DNA of 64,000 nt from Spirochaetota bacterium (GTDB lineage: Bacteria; Spirochaetota; UBA4802; UB4802). The position numbers were made by a program, and so were the translations under genes. Below, piece by piece: positions 57,850 to 64,000 of this stretch (the stretch's first letter is position 1; the number at the start of each line of letters is the position of its first letter). The notes under the pieces are model-generated. The model was not told where the DNA came from. It ran no database searches and saw only the letters and a list, made by a program, of their open reading frames with translations. The stretch is taken from positions 3,448 to 67,447 of the forward strand of contig JARYLT010000003.1 of assembly GCA_029907515.1 (NCBI GenBank), given 5' to 3'.

Positions 57850-58731
57850 ATGTATACAATAACACCCACGTATTTTTACAGCAACAATTATAAATTAGAT
57901 GCAAGACTGTATCTTCCCGATACCGGTAAAAAAACTCCCGTTATCGTTATGGCACATGGCTTTGGTGCCCGTATGGATTGGGGTTTGCATCCATTTGCTG
58001 ATATCTTTGCACAGATGGGATGTGCCGTGTTGATGTTTGATTATCGTGGTTTTGGCAACAGTGAAGGCAATATTCGCCGACTGGTATATCATGTTCATCA
58101 TATTGAAGATTATCATATGGCTATTCAATATGCCAGGACAATTCCTGATATTGACAGCTCTAAAGTATTATTGTGGGGCACATCATTCAGCGGAGGGCAT
58201 GTATTGACTGTAGCATCACAGGATAGCTCTATAGCAGGGGTTATAGCTCAGGTGCCCTTTGTTGATGGTATTGCCACGGCTTTTCATTTACCTGTTAAAA
58301 ATATATTAAGCGGCCTGTGGTATGGCAGTCTGGATGTAGTGATGTCTTTAATAACGTCAAAACCAGTTACAATACCACTGGTATCCACCCCTGACACATT
58401 TGCTGCTATGAATACACCGGAATGTTATGATGGCTATATGAAACTGGTACCACCTGAAGCACGTGAGGAAAATTGGTGCCCTGCAAGAATCTGCTTAACA
58501 CTTCCATTATATAGGCCACTATCTTTGGTGGATAAAATATCATGCCCGGTATGTATTATTGGGGCGCAGTATGATTCGCTCATTCCAATCAAGGCAGTAG
58601 AAAAAACAGCAAAACGAATTAAGCATGTAGAATTTCACACATTACCCTGTGGCCACTTTGATCCGTATGAAGGGGAAATGTTTGATAACAACATACAGAT
58701 TCAGAAGCAATTTTTACAAAAAGTATTGTAA
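57850..58731 (+). CDS. alpha/beta-fold hydrolase
   Basis: Nucleophile elbow GTSFSGG, oxyanion HGFG. AGGAGT SD. Confidence 0.8.
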   Translation: MYTITPTYFYSNNYKLDARLYLPDTGKKTPVIVMAHGFGARMDWGLHPFADIFAQMGCAVLMFDYRGFGNSEGNIRRLVYHVHHIEDYHMAIQYARTIPDIDSSKVLLWGTSFSGGHVLTVASQDSSIAGVIAQVPFVDGIATAFHLPVKNILSGLWYGSLDVVMSLITSKPVTIPLVSTPDTFAAMNTPECYDGYMKLVPPEAREENWCPARICLTLPLYRPLSLVDKISCPVCIIGAQYDSLIPIKAVEKTAKRIKHVEFHTLPCGHFDPYEGEMFDNNIQIQKQFLQKVL

Positions 58732-59027
58732 CAGTATCAATACCTGCATTATGGATACGATTAAAAACACTAAACTGAGTAAAATACAGCAATAAAGTTT
58801 ATATTTCATCCAGATTGCAGTAACTTCTTTAAACCAAATGACATTGTTGATATTTCCATGAATAATAATTATTGTGATTATAATTTACAGAATATATGTT
58901 AATTAGAATATTCTAAATAAAATTAAAAATTTGATAACATAGTAGCAATAAACACTTGACAATATATGTTGTTATACTATAACTATCTCCACTTTTTTTC
59001 ATGATTTCATGTAATGTATACAATTAT

Positions 59028-59062
59028 ATATCATCTCGTTGCCTGAGGCGTTGAGATGATAT
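59028..59062. promoter_or_regulatory. perfect 10-bp inverted repeat ATATCATCTC-N15-GAGATGATAT upstream of the symporter operon
   Basis: Seen in the sequence, about 75 nt upstream of ATG 59136. No T-run, so it is not a terminator. Confidence 0.3.
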
Positions 59063-59135
59063 ACGTCGTTAATTATAACATTATTCTAAAGAATAATTAG
59101 TGAACTATTTTAGATAATTATTTAAGGAGGTTTGC

Positions 59136-59306
59136 ATGTTGGGATTAGGTGATGTATGGGTATTTATGGCTTACCTGTTGTGTATTGCAAGTGCAATTCT
59201 TTGTGCAGTATATGGGTTTGTAAAATGGAATGATGATGAAGAACCGTATACTGATGAGGCTAAACGCTGGGTACAGGAAGAAGCCGAAATAGAAAAAACA
59301 CTTTAA
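59136..59306 (+). CDS. small single-TM protein, putative accessory subunit of the downstream sodium:solute symporter
   Basis: AAGGAGG SD. 56 aa (MLGLGDVWVFMAYLLCIASAILCAVYGFVKWNDDEEPYTDEAKRWVQEEAEIEKTL). 16 nt upstream of the SSS transporter gene. Confidence 0.55.
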   Translation: MLGLGDVWVFMAYLLCIASAILCAVYGFVKWNDDEEPYTDEAKRWVQEEAEIEKTL

Positions 59307-59322
59307 ACTAACGAGGTGCGTC

Positions 59323-61092
59323 ATGACTATATTCTGGGTATTTGTATATCTTGTTATTGTTGCATTTTTAGGGTATTTGGGATACCGCCATACAAAAGGT
59401 GCTTCAGACTATCTTGTTGCAGGGCGCAAGGTACATCCTTTCATCATGGCACTATCGTACGGTGCTACATTTATCAGTACATCAGCAATCGTTGGATTTG
59501 GAGGTGCTGCTGGTGTTTTTGGTATGGGGTTACTGTACCTGACTTTCCTGAATATTTTTGTAGGGATATTTATTGCATTTATATTTTTTGGCAAACGAAC
59601 CCGCCGAATGGGATATCATTTAGATGCGCACACATTCCCTGAACTGTTAGGTAGACGATTCCAGTCACCGTTTGTTCAGAAATTTGCGGGGATTATAATA
59701 TTTTTATTTATGCCTCTGTATGCAGCTGTAGTTCTCATTGGTGCGGCAAAATACATTGAACAGCAGTTTGCAATAGATTATGCCACAGCGCTTCTGTTTT
59801 TTACATTAATTGTAGCAGTATATGTTATTATGGGTGGCCTGAAAGGAGTAATGTATACCGATGCCTTCCAGGGATCCATAATGGCTATTGGTATGTTAAC
59901 CCTTATTATCTTTACATACTACGATTTAGGTGGCATTATCAAATCACATGCTGATTTAACTGCCCTTACACCTCCGCCACCACTGGCTGCAAAAGGACAT
60001 ATGGGATGGACATCCATGCCAGCGTTAGGCTCTGATTTCTGGTGGACGCTGGTTTCAACTATCATAATGGGTGTAGGTATTGGAGTGCTTGCGCAGCCAC
60101 AGCTTGTTGTACGCTTTATGACAGTAAAGAGTAACCGTGAGCTGAACAGAGCGGTAGCAATAGGTGGAATCTTTATACTCCTTATGACGGGCGTTGCATT
60201 TACTTCTGGTGCACTTTCCAACGTATGGTTTACAAAGAATGAAAAAGGCGTCAAATACTGTGAAATCAGTGGGGCAATTTTAGAAGTTTGCCCGGGCAAG
60301 AAGGTTGTAAAAATTGATGAAAAGAATATTGAAAAGTTTAAAGCTCAATTCAAGGACATAAAACCAGGTGATGAGATTGACCTCCATAAAGGTATTCCTC
60401 ATAAAGAAACCACTAAGGGCTCGTTGGCAATAGTAGCTGCGGGTGGTGTGGTTGAAAACATTATTCCACAATTTGTGAAACACGCAATGCCACACTGGTT
60501 TTCCATTTTATTTATGTTAACTTTACTTGCAGCTGCAATGTCAACGCTGAGTTCACAGTTCCATGCAATGGGTACTGCAATAGGGCGGGACTTCTACATG
60601 CAGATATTGAAAGATAAAAAAGCTGCAGAAGAACGAAGTGTGTTTATCAACAAGATGGGTATTGGTGTCACTATTCTTGTTAGCTTAACGTTAGCTTATT
60701 TTCTGCCGGTAATATATTCTAAAGGGGAAGCCATTATAGCACGAGGTACTTCTATTTTCTTTGGGCTGTGTGCAGGGACATTCTTGCCGGCATATATAAG
60801 TGCTCTGTATTTAAAACGAATTACTAAAGCTGGTGTGGTTGCCGGGATGCTGTCAGGATTTACTGTTGCATTTTTCTGGCTGGTGTTTGTGCTTGAAAAA
60901 GAAGCTATAGCAATAGGCCTATGCCAGGCATTGTTTGGGAAACCCACACTGCTTTCGTCACCATGGACAATGGTTGATCCAATGTTTATTTCTTTCCCAA
61001 CGTCACTGGTTGTAACACTTGTTGTTTCATTGTTTACAAAGAAACTTTCTGAAGAACATGTTGCACATTGTTTTCAGGGCTTAGAAAAATAA
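59323..61092 (+). CDS. sodium:solute symporter (SSS) family transporter
   Basis: 589 aa with about 13-14 TM helices and SSS family sequence features. GAGGTG SD. Confidence 0.9.
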   Translation: MTIFWVFVYLVIVAFLGYLGYRHTKGASDYLVAGRKVHPFIMALSYGATFISTSAIVGFGGAAGVFGMGLLYLTFLNIFVGIFIAFIFFGKRTRRMGYHLDAHTFPELLGRRFQSPFVQKFAGIIIFLFMPLYAAVVLIGAAKYIEQQFAIDYATALLFFTLIVAVYVIMGGLKGVMYTDAFQGSIMAIGMLTLIIFTYYDLGGIIKSHADLTALTPPPPLAAKGHMGWTSMPALGSDFWWTLVSTIIMGVGIGVLAQPQLVVRFMTVKSNRELNRAVAIGGIFILLMTGVAFTSGALSNVWFTKNEKGVKYCEISGAILEVCPGKKVVKIDEKNIEKFKAQFKDIKPGDEIDLHKGIPHKETTKGSLAIVAAGGVVENIIPQFVKHAMPHWFSILFMLTLLAAAMSTLSSQFHAMGTAIGRDFYMQILKDKKAAEERSVFINKMGIGVTILVSLTLAYFLPVIYSKGEAIIARGTSIFFGLCAGTFLPAYISALYLKRITKAGVVAGMLSGFTVAFFWLVFVLEKEAIAIGLCQALFGKPTLLSSPWTMVDPMFISFPTSLVVTLVVSLFTKKLSEEHVAHCFQGLEK

Positions 61093-61207
61093 CTGTACCA
61101 CATAAGGATTTCATTATCATTGTTTTATTGTACAGGCGCTCATGAATGTGAGCGCCTGTGTATGTTATGGGTATTGCTATGCTAAGTGCTATTCAAAATA
61201 ATTCATA

Positions 61208-62284
61208 TTATGATTCTGGTAGCACGTCTATGTGCTTGCCGGTAAAACTTGCAATTTTGTCATTTATTTTTTCTACCTGCCTCTGGCTTCTTTCGTAGCT
61301 TGTCAGTGCATTACGAAGATGTTTCCCTGTTATACTGTATTCATCTTCAAAGTTTTTTAGTTGGTTTTGAACCGTTGCCAAGCCATTCAATATGTCTTTA
61401 GCTTTCTGTTCAATTTGGAGTCCTTTTAAACCATAGGCTATAGCCATTAAATATGCATAAAAACTATTAGGCGATACAGGTATAACTTTGCTTGCAAGGG
61501 CATAGTTGAAAATTTCATAGGCTTTATCGCTTACCGTATCATTGACAATTATTTCATAAAATACGTTTTCTGCAGGTATGTACATGAGTGCAAAATCATA
61601 CGTTCCTTCATCAGGGTTTATATATTTTTGACTGATTTCGTCAATACGCTGTTTTACCGCTCTTATAAACTCTTTTTTATACTGGTTTTTTTCATTATCT
61701 GATGTTGCTTTGATAATTCTCTGAAAACTTTCAAGAGGAAATTTGGAATCAACGGGAATAAGTTGACCACCAAGCTGAATAATTGCATCAACTTTAGTGC
61801 CATTTTTAAATGTATATTGCATATGGTAATTTTTTGCAGGCAAAAATTGCTTTAATAGTTCTTCAAGCAAGTACTCACCCAGGTTGCCGCGTAACTTTGG
61901 TGCAGCAAGTATATCCTGCAGTGAGGCAATATCATTGCCTATTTCCCGTATCTGGTGTGCTGTTTGTTCAAGGGAACCTAATTTGGTGTGTATATCGCTC
62001 ACAACTTTGTCGGTGTTGCTAAGTTGTTGGGTAATGTTTTTTTGTGTCGATGTAAGAATTTCGTTCACTGTAGAAATAAGCTGTGATAAGTTTCTTTGTT
62101 GATTTTCCAGTGCTGTATTGTACGCTTCAAGCTGTTTGGTTTTCAATTCAACAATCTGATTTTTTAAATCAATTAATTGAACGGCTAATTCACTGGAAGT
62201 ATCGCCTTTTGCAAAGAATAGTTTGAATGCAATTAACACAAGAAGTATTACTATAAACACCAGTGCAATGGTAGTGTATTCCAT
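61208..62284 (-). CDS. rmuC: DNA recombination protein RmuC
   Basis: N-terminal TM, long coiled coil and a C-terminal RmuC nuclease-like domain. Start at MEYTTIAL. Confidence 0.8.
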   Translation of the reverse strand: MEYTTIALVFIVILLVLIAFKLFFAKGDTSSELAVQLIDLKNQIVELKTKQLEAYNTALENQQRNLSQLISTVNEILTSTQKNITQQLSNTDKVVSDIHTKLGSLEQTAHQIREIGNDIASLQDILAAPKLRGNLGEYLLEELLKQFLPAKNYHMQYTFKNGTKVDAIIQLGGQLIPVDSKFPLESFQRIIKATSDNEKNQYKKEFIRAVKQRIDEISQKYINPDEGTYDFALMYIPAENVFYEIIVNDTVSDKAYEIFNYALASKVIPVSPNSFYAYLMAIAYGLKGLQIEQKAKDILNGLATVQNQLKNFEDEYSITGKHLRNALTSYERSQRQVEKINDKIASFTGKHIDVLPES

Positions 62285-62307
62285 AGTCAATCCCCAAAAA
62301 TTGATTT

Positions 62308-63894
62308 TCAATAATTACTATCGCCAGGCACTATACAATGACGCACCACACGCCATATATGGTAACCCAGCCTATCAATAAATCGTATTGCTTCAATAAA
62401 ATCCAGTGCGGTATGGGAATCAAGTTGACCTGTTGCAGTTTTTTTAAGAACTTCCACGCGCTCCAGTTTGCGAGAATTTGCCAGGTATTGCGATAGTTCC
62501 TGAATCTTTTCAACACTATCTATTGAACTTTCTGCCTTTAATGCTTTTTCAGATTCCACTAACTCAGTATTAAAATTCCATTTCATATCGGAAAAGTTTG
62601 TGCTGTTTTTTAAAAGAGAAACAATGTGTGCTTCCTGGCAGGCTTCAATAATGCTGTTTAAGTGATCAATGGCATGAAGTACTGAGATATGTTCATCATA
62701 AAGCTGTTTTTGCTGTGGTGGGGTTTTTACCTTGCTCATAAAATGTTTTGTTTCTTCAAGAGCTATTTGTGCTGTTTTAAGCCGGTGAGCTATATCGGTG
62801 CCGTTTTTCTGCAGCATGTCTTTGAGTATTTGAATAATATACAGCGCTATGTCCACCACCGTGCGTCGTGCTGTTTCAACCGCAATGGCTGGTGTTGTGG
62901 CTATGGCATCGTCTAAATGCTGTGTAAGATAAAACCTGGTATCGGCAAATAATGTTTTTAAAAAGCGCACAAACGGGGTAATGAATGGAAAAAACAGCAA
63001 CACGCCAATGACGTTAAAGAGTGTATGGAACACTGAAAGCTCTATTTCAGGAACTATCGCACCAAAAGCATTACATAAAGAAGAAAGTAGCGGCGATAGT
63101 TGTGGTAATAACACAAACAATACAAGTGCAGTCACTGTGTTAAAAAGAACATCAGCTACAATAATACGCCTGGTATCGGGAGTTGCTCCGATGGCGGCAA
63201 AAAGTATTGGTATAGACTTCCCTGCGTTCATGCCAATAACAAGAACCTGCCCCTGAAAAAGGCTGATAGTCCCGCTGCTCAATGCCACCAGTGCCAGCAC
63301 TACTGCAGCGCTTGATGATTGCATCAGGATTGTAAGTATGAAACCTATTGAAAATAGAAGCAGCCTGTCAGTAATTACATGTCCTGAGATGGCAGTAAAA
63401 TTAAATGACTGCGGCAACTGTGCCAGCCCCTGACGCATAATGGTAATACCAAAGAAAAGAAGGCCAAACCCGGCCAGCAATGAACCAATGTCAGATCGAT
63501 GGTCAGTATACAATATTTTTAATATGACACCGCAGGCAACAAAAAGAAGCGAAAATTGCCCAATGCTGTATTGAATGCCAAACATTGTTACAAGCCATGC
63601 TGTGGCAGTAGTGCCTACATTTGCCCCAAAGATGACTGCCAGTGCCTGTGGTATGGTGATGAGCCCTGCGCTTACAAATCCTATTGTTGCAATGGCTGTT
63701 GCACTGGATGCCTGGATGATCGTGGTTACCAGCATGCCGGTTAACAGTGCCTTAAACTTTCCACCAGTGAGGTTTGCAAGAATTTTTCTGAAACGAGGAC
63801 CTGCTAATTTCTGTATTGCTTCGGACATCAGGACAATGCCCAGAAGGAGTATCCCTATACCGCCAATTGCTGTAATTATATCTGAAATATTCAT
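62308..63894 (-). CDS. Na/Pi cotransporter family protein with C-terminal PhoU-like domain
   Basis: Two Na/Pi-cotransporter repeats (e.g. GANVGTTATAWLV and GMNAGKSI) plus a helical C-terminal domain. Confidence 0.85.
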   Translation of the reverse strand: MNISDIITAIGGIGILLLGIVLMSEAIQKLAGPRFRKILANLTGGKFKALLTGMLVTTIIQASSATAIATIGFVSAGLITIPQALAVIFGANVGTTATAWLVTMFGIQYSIGQFSLLFVACGVILKILYTDHRSDIGSLLAGFGLLFFGITIMRQGLAQLPQSFNFTAISGHVITDRLLLFSIGFILTILMQSSSAAVVLALVALSSGTISLFQGQVLVIGMNAGKSIPILFAAIGATPDTRRIIVADVLFNTVTALVLFVLLPQLSPLLSSLCNAFGAIVPEIELSVFHTLFNVIGVLLFFPFITPFVRFLKTLFADTRFYLTQHLDDAIATTPAIAVETARRTVVDIALYIIQILKDMLQKNGTDIAHRLKTAQIALEETKHFMSKVKTPPQQKQLYDEHISVLHAIDHLNSIIEACQEAHIVSLLKNSTNFSDMKWNFNTELVESEKALKAESSIDSVEKIQELSQYLANSRKLERVEVLKKTATGQLDSHTALDFIEAIRFIDRLGYHIWRVVRHCIVPGDSNY

Positions 63895-64000
63895 ACTGGT
63901 TTATCGTTATGATAATTATCGGCATTATGGTATGTAATCTTCCCGTACGGGGGAAAATACTTCAATTGCTATTGAGTCTTCCAGTACTTCTGCTCCGTGT

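Noticed and set aside
63941-63950. Perfect palindrome CCCGTACGGG upstream of the Na/Pi cotransporter gene
   Set aside because: It is short and isolated with no T-run, so it cannot be distinguished from chance or a restriction-site-like sequence. Not reported as a feature.

Overview
This is a 64-kb chromosomal segment from a low-GC, AT-rich bacterium of Gram-negative type, judged from the TolC-family protein, Lon protease and lipobox lipoproteins. There is no rRNA, CRISPR array, transposase or integrase in the window.

Gene content, left to right:
- A trpE-trpG-trpD operon on the minus strand, preceded by a leader peptide with four tandem Trp codons and two terminator hairpins that share arm sequences.
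- A HesB/IscA-like gene whose conserved cysteine position is an in-frame TGA, which makes it a candidate selenoprotein.
- Lon protease and a FecR-domain lipoprotein.
- A 500-bp intergenic block of dispersed repeats, followed by two tandem secreted-protein paralogs that share an identical 412-bp 5' segment.
- A DUF4143-type AAA ATPase pseudogene with two frameshifts, an acyl-CoA thioesterase, a PilZ protein, two lipoproteins and two TPR proteins.
- A second copy of the repeat family, then a DHH/DHHA1 phosphoesterase and a vWA lipoprotein.
- A roughly 1350-aa secreted repeat protein split by a frameshift at an A8 tract.
- dinB, driven by an apparently leaderless promoter that overlaps a palindrome, followed by small ORFs.
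- A carboxymuconolactone decarboxylase family (AhpD-like) protein, a CoA-transferase, and the alpha-2-macroglobulin plus PBP1C pair.
- An ADP-forming acetyl-CoA synthetase.
- A cysteine desulfurase next to a small ORF I tentatively assign to DUF3343 (a family annotated as putative Se/S carrier).
- An HDOD protein and a pelD-(E?)-F-G cluster with no adjacent pelABC.
- A fatty-acid beta-oxidation trio, tRNA-Cys and tRNA-Leu, and a MacAB-TolC-like efflux operon.
- An alpha/beta hydrolase, a sodium:solute symporter with a small upstream subunit, rmuC and a Na/Pi cotransporter.

The findings most worth follow-up are the selenoprotein candidate, the trp double attenuator, the repeat family and the homopolymer-associated frameshifts. 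All coordinates and motifs come from reading the sequence by eye. Family assignments rest on recognised motifs, not database searches.
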